Notes: generated by a model from the letters alone, not told the origin. A stretch of 22,205 bases of DNA from Candidatus Methylomirabilia bacterium (GCA_041497895.1 JBGQHJ010000082.1:1-22205); one strand, 5' to 3'. Numbered from the stretch's first letter, positions 7,723-14,805 are shown. Numbers and translations: made by a program.

Positions 7723-8340
7723 ATGTGTCACTTGAGATTCCTCAGCGCATTCGCATTCGCGTCGGTGGCGATCCTGGCCGCCCCGGCGTACGTGACGTCC
7801 CAGACCACGACCGAAAAGCTGGAGCGGGACGCCAAGAACGCCGCCCAGGATGTGAAGGCCGAGGTCACCGATTCCTGGCTGACCGCCAAGACCAAGATCG
7901 CGCTCTACTCCGATGAGCGGGTCAAGGGCAGGCAGATCAGCGTCGAGACCGTCCACCACACCGTCCGGCTTCGTGGCAAGGTCGATTCGGACGAGGCAAG
8001 GACCGCGGCCGCTTCCATCGCGGAAGGCATCGAGCACGTCAAGGCGGTCAAGAACGATCTGGAGGTCGTCGCGATCGAAGACCGCAAGGCGACCGACGTC
8101 TCCGACAAGGACATCACGAGCCAGGTCGAAGCCCGCTTCTCCAAGACCACCCAGCTCACCGAGATCGACGTCCGAACCGATGGCGGGCTCGTCACCCTCA
8201 CCGGAGCCGCACCGAGCATCGGGGCCAGCGCCCGTGCCTCCGAGCTGGCCCGTGGCGTGCCCGGCGTCCGCGCGGTCCGGAACGAGCTGACCTACGACTC
8301 GGCCAGGCGTGATCGCTCGAGCAGCCCCGGATCACGATGA
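7723..8340 (+). CDS. OsmY-like periplasmic dual-BON-domain protein
   Basis: Signal peptide; DSWLTAKTKIAL...V.LRGKV.S...GI..VK.V.NDL; second BON DKDITSQV...VTLTG...GVPGVRAVRNEL. Confidence 0.9.
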   Translation: MCHLRFLSAFAFASVAILAAPAYVTSQTTTEKLERDAKNAAQDVKAEVTDSWLTAKTKIALYSDERVKGRQISVETVHHTVRLRGKVDSDEARTAAASIAEGIEHVKAVKNDLEVVAIEDRKATDVSDKDITSQVEARFSKTTQLTEIDVRTDGGLVTLTGAAPSIGASARASELARGVPGVRAVRNELTYDSARRDRSSSPGSR

Positions 8341-8368
8341 CCGGCACTCCGAAAGGGGGGAATACTCG

Positions 8369-8626
8369 ATGTATATCATTGGATGGATACTCTTTGGTCT
8401 GGCCGCCGGCACCGTTGCCAAGCTCCTCATGCCGGGGCGCGATCCGGGCGGCTTCTTCATCACGGCTCTTCTCGGGATCGTGGGAGCCCTCCTCGGGGGC
8501 TTTCTGGGTCGCCTGGCCGGCTGGTACGGCGACGGCGATCCGGTCGGGTTCGTCATGGCGATCATCGGCTCACTCATCCTGCTGGCCGCGTATCGACTGA
8601 CGATGGGACGGACCGTGCGGGTCTGA
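8369..8626 (+). CDS. GlsB/YeaQ/YmgE-family membrane protein, copy 2
   Basis: MYIIGWILFGLAAGTVAKLLMPGRDPGGFFITALLGIVGALLGGFLG; start at ATG 8369 after AAAGGGGGG. Confidence 0.9.
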   Translation: MYIIGWILFGLAAGTVAKLLMPGRDPGGFFITALLGIVGALLGGFLGRLAGWYGDGDPVGFVMAIIGSLILLAAYRLTMGRTVRV

Positions 8627-8642
8627 GGAGGCCCGATCGCCC

Positions 8643-9011
8643 TTACCGCACTTCGGCGAAGCTGATCACCACGCCTTGAGGATCTGCGACCTCGAAGTAT
8701 CGCTCTCCCCACTCGGCATCCATCGGCGCGGTGGGTCGCAGACCCACTTCCACGAAGTGTCGGTGGAGGGCGTCCACGCCGCGAACCCGGAGGATCACGC
8801 GACTCCACGGATTGCCGGTCCGGGTGGGCACCCGCCGGAGGTTGATGACGCTCTGTCCGGCCCGCATGGTCGTGAACGGAGCGTCGGGCCCGCCGTACGA
8901 CACGTCCAGTCCGAGCTTCTTATAGAAGGCCACCGACTCGGGCATCTCGAGCACCGCCACCGTCACCGCGCTGATGTGCTCGATCGACCATTTCGCCTGG
9001 TCTCCATTCAT
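8643..9011 (-). CDS. VOC/glyoxalase-bleomycin-resistance family protein, 122 aa
   Basis: C-terminal end of the 762-aa track ORF: ISAVTVAV.EM.ESVAFYKKLGL...P.DAEWGERYF.V.DPQG. ATGA overlap with the ftsH stop. Confidence 0.85.
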   Translation of the reverse strand: MNGDQAKWSIEHISAVTVAVLEMPESVAFYKKLGLDVSYGGPDAPFTTMRAGQSVINLRRVPTRTGNPWSRVILRVRGVDALHRHFVEVGLRPTAPMDAEWGERYFEVADPQGVVISFAEVR

Positions 9012-10861
9012 GGCTCGTGCGCGGCCAGGAGAGCGGTCAGGGCGTCGCGGTCGACGACCTCCTTCTCGATCAGCACCTTCGCGAGCATCTCGAGCGTGCT
9101 CCGCTTCTCCCGGAGCGTCGCCTGCACCCGGAGGTGGGCGGCCTCGAGCAGGCTCCGCACCTCCACGTCGATCATCCGGGCGGTATCCTCGCCGTACTCG
9201 CGCTCGCCGGAGCTCGGCCCGGCGAGAAACAGGGCCGATCGCGGGCGCTCGAACGTGCCCAGCCCGAGCTCCTCGCTCATGCCGTACTGGGTCACCATGT
9301 GGCGCACCAGATCGCTGGCCCGCTGGAGGTCGTCGTGGGCGCCGGTGGAGACGTCGCCGAAGATGATCTCTTCCGCCACCCGCCCCCCGAGGAGCACGTC
9401 CAGTCGGTCCAGCAGCTCCGCGCGCGTCATCAGGTACCGGTCCTCGGTCGGCTGCTGCTGCGTGTACCCGAGCGCGGCCACGCCCCGCGGGATGATCGAG
9501 ATCTTGGCCACCTTGTCGGCGTGTACGCGGGACTCGGCGACCAGCGCGTGCCCCGCCTCGTGGTGGGCGACGATCTCCTTCTCCTTCGGGCTGATGATCC
9601 GGGACTTCCGCTCGAGGCCCCCCACGATGCGATCCAGCGCCTGATCGAAGTCGGCGAGGTCCACCGCCTCCTTCCCCTCCCGCGCCGCGTGGAGGGCGGC
9701 TTCGTTGACCAGGTTGGCCAGATCGGCTCCGACGAACCCCGGGGTGCGGGCCGCGATGATCGACAGGTCGAGACCCGGAGCCAGCGTGACGGCGCGGGTG
9801 TGCACCCGGAGGATCTTCTCCCGGCCCTTCAGATCGGGCCGGTCGATGACGACCTGCCGGTCGAAGCGACCCGGGCGCAGGAGGGCGGGATCGAGGATCT
9901 CCGGCCGGTTGGTGGCCGCCAGGATGATCACGCCGGCCTGGGTGTCGAAGCCGTCCAGCTCCGCGAGGAGCTGATTCAGCGTCTGCTCGTGCTCGTCGTG
10001 CCCCCCGAAGCCGGGGTGAATGCCGCGAGCCTTTCCCACCGCGTCCAGCTCGTCGATGAACACGATGCTGGGCGCCTTCGCTTGCGCCTGGGCGAAGAGG
10101 TCGCGGACGCGAGCCGCCCCGACCCCCACGAACATCTCCACGAAGTCGGACCCGGTCAGGCTGAAGAAGGGAACCGCGGCCTCCCCGGCGACCGCCTTGG
10201 CCAGCAGGGTCTTGCCCGTCCCGGGCGCCCCCACCAGGAGCACCCCCTTCGGGATCTTCCCGCCGAGCCGCCGGTATCGCTCCGGATTCTTCAGGAAATC
10301 GACGATCTCCATCAGCTCGCCGCGGGCCTCGTCGATGCCGGCGATGTCGTCGAACGTCACCCCGGTCTTGTTCTCGACGTATACCTTCGCCCGGCTCTTG
10401 CCGATTGACATCAGCCCGCTCTGGGGATTCATCCGCTTCATGACGAACATCCAGAGCCCGACGAAGATCACCGCGGGGAGGATCCACGACAACAGCGTCG
10501 AGAGCCACGTGCTCGCCGCGTGCCCCGTGAACCGGACGTGCGCCGCCTCGAGCTCGCCCACCAGCCCCGGGTCCTCGACCCGGGTCGTCACGAAGTCGGG
10601 CGCGCTCTTTCCGGAACGCTTGATCTCCTCGATCTTCTCTTTCGAGAGAATGCCCTCGAGCCCGGCGGGTGACAGCGTCCCCTGGATCGTGTCCGGGTAC
10701 AGCGCGAGCTCGCTCACCTTCCCCGCCCGGAGGAGGGCCTTGAACTCGCTGTACGACATGTTCTCCGGATGAGGCATCATCAGGAACGCCTGGACCCCGA
10801 AAAGGGCCAGCATCGCCACGACCGCGTACCACACCGAGAACGTCCGCTGCTTCGGCTCCAT
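9008..10861 (-). CDS. ftsH: ATP-dependent zinc metalloprotease FtsH
   Basis: Two TMs; Walker A GAPGTGKT, pore FVG, Walker [37 protein letters not shown] Zn motif. Start MEPKQ at 10861. Confidence 0.96.
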   Translation of the reverse strand: MEPKQRTFSVWYAVVAMLALFGVQAFLMMPHPENMSYSEFKALLRAGKVSELALYPDTIQGTLSPAGLEGILSKEKIEEIKRSGKSAPDFVTTRVEDPGLVGELEAAHVRFTGHAASTWLSTLLSWILPAVIFVGLWMFVMKRMNPQSGLMSIGKSRAKVYVENKTGVTFDDIAGIDEARGELMEIVDFLKNPERYRRLGGKIPKGVLLVGAPGTGKTLLAKAVAGEAAVPFFSLTGSDFVEMFVGVGAARVRDLFAQAQAKAPSIVFIDELDAVGKARGIHPGFGGHDEHEQTLNQLLAELDGFDTQAGVIILAATNRPEILDPALLRPGRFDRQVVIDRPDLKGREKILRVHTRAVTLAPGLDLSIIAARTPGFVGADLANLVNEAALHAAREGKEAVDLADFDQALDRIVGGLERKSRIISPKEKEIVAHHEAGHALVAESRVHADKVAKISIIPRGVAALGYTQQQPTEDRYLMTRAELLDRLDVLLGGRVAEEIIFGDVSTGAHDDLQRASDLVRHMVTQYGMSEELGLGTFERPRSALFLAGPSSGEREYGEDTARMIDVEVRSLLEAAHLRVQATLREKRSTLEMLAKVLIEKEVVDRDALTALLAAHEP

Positions 10862-10875
10862 ATCCCCGGACCCGC

Positions 10876-10950
10876 TTACAGCCCCACGATGAGCATCTGG
10901 GCCAGCAGGGCCATGCCCACCGCGGTCGCAAACGCCGCCCACTCTTTCAT
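10876..10950 (-). CDS. 24-aa single-TM peptide MKEWAAFATAVGMALLAQMLIVGL immediately upstream of ftsH (not in ORF track)
   Basis: GAGGAG SD upstream of the ATG; hydrophobic; stop is 14 nt before the ftsH ATG. Confidence 0.6.
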   Translation of the reverse strand: MKEWAAFATAVGMALLAQMLIVGL

Positions 10951-10985
10951 CGTCGTGATCTCCTCGTCACTCTGCTTGGCTCGCG

Positions 10986-11016
10986 GGGGAAGGCCGGCAT
11001 GCCTCCCGACCTCCCC
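10986..11016 (-). other. GC-rich intercistronic hairpin (no U tract): mRNA stabiliser/attenuator candidate
   Basis: GGGGAGGUCGG-gaggcaug-CCGGCCUUCCCC, 11-bp stem, 14 nt after the BON-PG stop. Confidence 0.5.
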
Positions 11017-11030
11017 TCGTGAGATACAGT

Positions 11031-11846
11031 TCAGGGCTTCTCGGTGCTGACCTTCATCCCGAGCTTCGCCCGCGTCTCGCCATCCGCCCGGCCGGTCATG
11101 GTCAGGTTCTCCGACTTCTGATACTCCTTCAGCGCCGAGGCCGTCCGAGGCCCCATCACGCCGTCCAGCGGACCCGGATCGAACCCCTTGTCCTTCAGGG
11201 CCTGCTGCATCCCCAGCACCTGCCCGTGCGACCGGCTCATCGTCCCGCGCATGCCGCTATGCCGGGCCGCGTCGTAGGTCAGCTCGTTCTTGACCATGCG
11301 AACGCCCGGCACTCCCCGCGCCAGCTCGGAGGCGCGGGCGCTGGCACCCACGCTCGCCACCGTACCGGTGAGGATGACCGCCCCGCCGTCGGCCCGCACG
11401 TCGACCTTCTTGAGCTGAGCATCCTTCGACAGGCGGCCTTCCACCTGGCTCGTGATGTCCTTGTCGGAGACATCGATGGCCTTCCGGTCCCCGGGCGCCA
11501 CCACCTCGAGGTCGTTTCGCACGCTCTTCACGCCCTCGACCGCCTGGGCCACCGACGCGGCGGCCGCCTTCGCGTCCTCCGAATCCACCTTGCCACGCAG
11601 CGACACCACGCCACCGACCGTCTCGACGCTCACCTGGCCGCCCTTGACCCGGTCATCGCCGTACAGCGCGATCTTGGTCTTGGCGGTCAGCCACGAGTCG
11701 CTCATGCCGGTCTTGGCGTCCCGGGCCATCCCCTTCGCCTTCTGCTCCACCTTGCCGGCGGTGCTTTCCGCCATCACGTACGTCGGCGCGGCCACCATCG
11801 CCACCGACGTGCATATCAGTACCCCCATCATTCTCGACCCACGCAT
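11031..11846 (-). CDS. Dual-BON protein with C-terminal peptidoglycan-binding (PG_binding_1-like) domain
   Basis: Close paralog of 7723-8340 (DSWLTAKTKIALY, VSDKDITSQVE, GASARASELARGVPGVR). Tail V..MQQALKDKGFDPGPLDGVMGPRTASALKEYQ....L..TG..D..T...LG. Confidence 0.9.
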   Translation of the reverse strand: MRGSRMMGVLICTSVAMVAAPTYVMAESTAGKVEQKAKGMARDAKTGMSDSWLTAKTKIALYGDDRVKGGQVSVETVGGVVSLRGKVDSEDAKAAAASVAQAVEGVKSVRNDLEVVAPGDRKAIDVSDKDITSQVEGRLSKDAQLKKVDVRADGGAVILTGTVASVGASARASELARGVPGVRMVKNELTYDAARHSGMRGTMSRSHGQVLGMQQALKDKGFDPGPLDGVMGPRTASALKEYQKSENLTMTGRADGETRAKLGMKVSTEKP

Positions 11847-11893
11847 TGTCCTCGCTCCTCTATCAGGTAGTTGCTGATGGACCTTCTCGACTG

Positions 11894-11965
11894 CTATCCG
11901 AGCCTGAGGTATCCCAGGACCGCGAGCACCACGACCACGACGCCGATGACGTAGAAGATGTTCAT
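11894..11965 (-). CDS. 23-aa single-TM peptide MNIFYVIGVVVVVLAVLGYLRLG (not in ORF track)
   Basis: Purine-rich SD (AAAGGGGGGAG); paralog of 7623-7697 in the same context (box promoter, peptide, BON gene). Confidence 0.8.
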   Translation of the reverse strand: MNIFYVIGVVVVVLAVLGYLRLG

Positions 11966-11989
11966 ACTCCCCCCTTTCCGCTTGTTCCC

Positions 11990-12037
11990 ACTCTAGCCTT
12001 CATGGACCCGCCCGCCCATTGGACCTAGGGCCCATGC
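11990..12037 (-). promoter_or_regulatory. Box promoter P7 (internal; drives peptide-BON/PG-peptide-ftsH-VOC)
   Basis: Minus strand: GCATGGGCCC-TA-GGTCCAATGG (12037-12016), 20 nt, TAGAGT (11995-11990). Confidence 0.78.
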
Positions 12038-12039
12038 GC

Positions 12040-12891
12040 CTACCGGGGCTCTTCGGAGGCGCTCAGGTTGTTGACGACCTTGCCCACTCCCGGAACCGAC
12101 CGGGTCACCCTCTCCGCCAGAAGCTTCTCCGCGCGGGAGCCCACCGTGCCGCCGAGAAAGACCGATCCATCCTGTGATCGGATCTGTACATCCTTGAGCG
12201 CCACCGCCTTTGTCGCGTACAGCTCGAACTCGACGCGACGCGCCAGCCGGTCGTCGGGACTCTCCGGACCGGATGCGGCACTGGAGACGATCAGATTGCT
12301 CGTGAGCTCCTGCACCCCGGGCACCAGCAGGGCGATCCGGTCGGCGGCCCGCCGCTGGGTCGGCGAGCCGACCGTGCCGTCCAGGACGACGCGCCCCTTG
12401 GTCACCTGGACCGTGATGCGCTCGTCCTTCAGCTCGGCGGCCTGGGCGAGGTGGTCGGTGACGAGGGTCTTGATCTCCAGGTCGGCCACGCGGTCCCCGA
12501 TGCTCGCCACCTCCGGATTAGCCCCGGTCCCGGGATTGACGGTCAGGTTGTTGCGAACGGTGGTGACCCCGGACGTGTCTTGCGCGATGGCGGCGGCAAG
12601 CCGTTTGATCTCCTCGGTGGGAACTTCTCCCGTCAGGGTGACCTCACCGCGAGAGCTGCTCACCATGGTGTCGAACGCCGAGACGTGCTTCGAGAGCAGC
12701 AGCGCCGTCTTGACCTTCGTGGTGGTGGCCGAATCCTGGGACGTGTCCTTGACCGACCGGAAAATGTCCCGTATCGATGCCCCGCGGCTGGACGAATAGA
12801 CCCACATCACCCCGCCGATCAACACGATGAGCACCAGGACCGTGATGGTGCCGACCGTGATTCTCCCCCGCTCGTGCCGCGACGATTTCAT
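12040..12891 (-). CDS. Membrane-anchored triple-BON-domain protein
   Basis: N-terminal TM ITVLVLIVLIGGVMWVY; three BON repeats (DSATTTKVK..VTLTGEV..GV..V.NNL; DLEIK..VVLDGTV..VPGV..L.SNL; DDRLA..VFLGGTV..VPGV.KVVNNL). Confidence 0.88.
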   Translation of the reverse strand: MKSSRHERGRITVGTITVLVLIVLIGGVMWVYSSSRGASIRDIFRSVKDTSQDSATTTKVKTALLLSKHVSAFDTMVSSSRGEVTLTGEVPTEEIKRLAAAIAQDTSGVTTVRNNLTVNPGTGANPEVASIGDRVADLEIKTLVTDHLAQAAELKDERITVQVTKGRVVLDGTVGSPTQRRAADRIALLVPGVQELTSNLIVSSAASGPESPDDRLARRVEFELYATKAVALKDVQIRSQDGSVFLGGTVGSRAEKLLAERVTRSVPGVGKVVNNLSASEEPR

Positions 12892-12894
12892 TTC

Positions 12895-12954
12895 GTGCCC
12901 CCTCTCAGAGTAGAGGGCACCCCCCCGGCGACATGGATCGCGGAGGGGATGCCC
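12895..12954 (-). promoter_or_regulatory. Two mutually exclusive RNA hairpins over the BON3 ribosome-binding site
   Basis: Stem A (12954-12915): GGGCAUCCCCUCCGCGA / UCGCCGGGGGGGUGCCC, 16 of 17 pairs. Stem B (12920-12895): GUGCCCUCU / AGGGGGCAC covers the SD. Both use GUGCCC. Confidence 0.45.
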
Positions 12955-12961
12955 GACGACC

Positions 12962-13606
12962 TCAGGATCTGACCGCGAGAATCTCGACCCGTCGATTCAG
13001 CTCCAGACACGTATCGGTGGTCTGCTTGCACACCGGGCCCTGGCTCCCGTAGGAGCCCACCGCGATGCGGTCGGGCGAGACCCCGAGCCTGATGAGCTCA
13101 TCCCTGACCGCGGTGACCCGCTTCGCGGCCAGCGCTTGGCTGCGGTCGTCCGCGTCGCTCTGATGGCCATCGAGACTCACCTGAGCTTGCGGATTGTTCT
13201 GCATCCACGCGGCGAAGGTCGCGAGCTTCTTCTTGCACTTCTCCTGCAGGCCCGAGCTGCCGTACTTGAAGTTCACGTTCTCCATCGAGGACCATCCACC
13301 CACCCCCGGGGCCCCCGCCATCCCGGTCAGGCCGACGGCTCCGACCGGACCCACCGCCCCAACCGGGCCGGCCGGCCCGGCCGGTCCAACGACACCCTCT
13401 GGCCCCGCGATTCCGGCCAGGCCGACGGCCCCCGCGGGTCCCGCCGGGCCTTGCGCTCCCACCACGTAGGGCGCGCTCGACCGGCACGTGCCCTTGGCGT
13501 AGGGCTCGCCCTTCGCGACCCACGCCCCATCCGGCGCGATGTACCCGCTCTGATAGGCGCACCCCGACAGGGCCGCCACTGCGAGAAGACTTGTGAGAAT
13601 TTTCAT
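12962..13606 (-). CDS. Lipoprotein with 18 Gly-X-Y collagen-like triplets + OmpA/Pal-like C-terminal domain (degenerate PG-binding motif)
   Basis: Lipobox LSGC; (GXY)18 at ~13298-13459; VNFKYGSS.L...V.LDGH...LAAKRV.AV...L...GV...RI...SYG...PVC......C...NRRVEI. Confidence 0.85.
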   Translation of the reverse strand: MKILTSLLAVAALSGCAYQSGYIAPDGAWVAKGEPYAKGTCRSSAPYVVGAQGPAGPAGAVGLAGIAGPEGVVGPAGPAGPVGAVGPVGAVGLTGMAGAPGVGGWSSMENVNFKYGSSGLQEKCKKKLATFAAWMQNNPQAQVSLDGHQSDADDRSQALAAKRVTAVRDELIRLGVSPDRIAVGSYGSQGPVCKQTTDTCLELNRRVEILAVRS

Positions 13607-13616
13607 AGCGGTCCTC

Positions 13617-14210
13617 TTACTGTCCGGGCCGGACGAGCACTTCGACCCGGCGGTCCCGCTGCCAGCACGCCTCGGTCGACTCCGGGCACTTCAGCCGCGT
13701 CTCACCGAACGCGCCGGTCTGGATCTTGGCCGACGGGATGCCCGCGCTCACCAGCGCGGCCTTGATCGCGTCCACGCGCCGCTGGCTCAGGGGCTGGTTG
13801 TACTGAGTGGTGCCGCGTGGGTCGGCGTAGCCGTCGATGCCGACCTCGATGTTGGGGTTGTCCTTCATGTACTGGCCGAGCTTGGCGACCTTATCGGTCT
13901 CCGAGCTGCGGACCACGCTCTGGTCGAAATCGAAGAGAAAGTCAGTGAACGCGACCCACGGCCGCTGAGGGCCCTGGGGGCCGTTCATGCCCTGCGCGCC
14001 GGCCGGGCCACCGGGGCCCTCCTTGCCGGCCATTCCCGCCGGACCCTGCGGCCCTTGCGGTCCCTGCGGCCCGGTCATGCCGATCGGACCCACCGGCCCG
14101 TAGTTGTGGGGGTCTTCGAATCCACCGCTCGCACAGCCGGCCCCGACGAGCACCGTCAGCGCGAGCGTCGCCATCAACATCACGTGTGTTCTTGCGGATC
14201 CTCGATTCAT
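13617..14210 (-). CDS. Lipoprotein with 15 Gly-X-Y collagen-like triplets + canonical OmpA/Pal-like PG-binding domain
   Basis: GAGGAGG SD; lipobox GAGC; (GXY)15 at ~13965-14099; FDFDQS...[22 protein letters not shown]...FGE....C......CW.RDRRVE. Confidence 0.88.
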   Translation of the reverse strand: MNRGSARTHVMLMATLALTVLVGAGCASGGFEDPHNYGPVGPIGMTGPQGPQGPQGPAGMAGKEGPGGPAGAQGMNGPQGPQRPWVAFTDFLFDFDQSVVRSSETDKVAKLGQYMKDNPNIEVGIDGYADPRGTTQYNQPLSQRRVDAIKAALVSAGIPSAKIQTGAFGETRLKCPESTEACWQRDRRVEVLVRPGQ

Positions 14211-14256
14211 CACTCGTACCTCCTCGGAATAGTGACCAGCGGATTTCTTGGGCTGG

Positions 14257-14304
14257 ACTCTACGCAGAGAGCTCGCACTCACCTATTGGCTCTTGGGTCT
14301 ACGG
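14257..14304 (-). promoter_or_regulatory. Box promoter P8 (drives ompA-ompA-BON3)
   Basis: Minus strand: CCGTAGACCC-AA-GAGCCAATAG (14304-14283), 20 nt, TAGAGT (14262-14257). Confidence 0.7.
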
Positions 14305-14330
14305 CTTTCGGAGTGGGTCCGAGTGCCCTC

Positions 14331-14378
14331 GGGGGAGGCCAAGGTCCAATAGGCAGGCGGGTTGACATTGACTAGACT
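14331..14378 (+). promoter_or_regulatory. Box promoter P9 (drives secreted protein-glsB-hypothetical)
   Basis: GGGGGAGGCC-AA-GGTCCAATAG (14331-14352), 20 nt, TAGACT (14373-14378). Confidence 0.78.
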
Positions 14379-14429
14379 CGGGCCGGGATGGAACGGTCGG
14401 GATCGACCCCGGTCAGAAAAGGAGCTCCC

Positions 14430-14774
14430 ATGAACCGATTCGGACTACTCATCGTGCTGGTGTTCCCGCTCTCGCTGCTCGCATCCGGACTCGCCCTCGC
14501 TGCCGACGACTCGAAGGTGAAGGCCGCCACGGAACAGGTCGAGCGCGGCGCGAAGAAGATCCCCGACGGCAAGATCGGGGAAGGCGTCACCGAGACCGCC
14601 AAGGGCATCGGCAACACGGTCACCGAGGGCGCGAAGTACAGCGGCGAGAAGCTGAAGGAGGCGGGGAAGACCGCCGAGCCGCCCGCGAAGTCCGCCTGGG
14701 GTAACGCGCGCGATGGCGCCGTGTCCTTCGGGCACAGCGTGAAGGGCTTCTTCACGAGTCTCTTCTCGAAGTGA
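14430..14774 (+). CDS. Secreted small G/K/E/T/A-rich amphipathic-helix protein (LEA/CsbD-like composition), 114 aa
   Basis: AAAAGGAG SD; signal peptide ending ALA; internal quasi-repeat KIGEGVTETAK/GIGNTVTEGAK. Confidence 0.75.
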   Translation: MNRFGLLIVLVFPLSLLASGLALAADDSKVKAATEQVERGAKKIPDGKIGEGVTETAKGIGNTVTEGAKYSGEKLKEAGKTAEPPAKSAWGNARDGAVSFGHSVKGFFTSLFSK

Positions 14775-14805
14775 TGTCCGCAACCCGCTGATGGGAGGAA
14801 CCGTC

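Noticed and set aside
8643..10931. 762-aa track ORF
   Set aside because: Shadow frame of ftsH; only the last 122 aa (VOC protein from 9011) are real.
13298..14099. 9-bp periodic GC-rich DNA repeats resembling a VNTR or array
   Set aside because: Fully explained by Gly-X-Y codons; not CRISPR or a non-coding repeat.
1771..14352. Palindromes as REP elements, terminators or transposon/recombination ends
   Set aside because: They are degenerate, lack U tracts or target duplications, occur only at 5' ends at a fixed distance from -10 elements, and no transposase or integrase is in the window.
14362..14373. Perfect TTGACA (TTGACATTGACT) within P9
   Set aside because: Only 5 nt from the TAGACT -10, and there is no -10 at 17 bp downstream, so it is not a functional -35 in that position.
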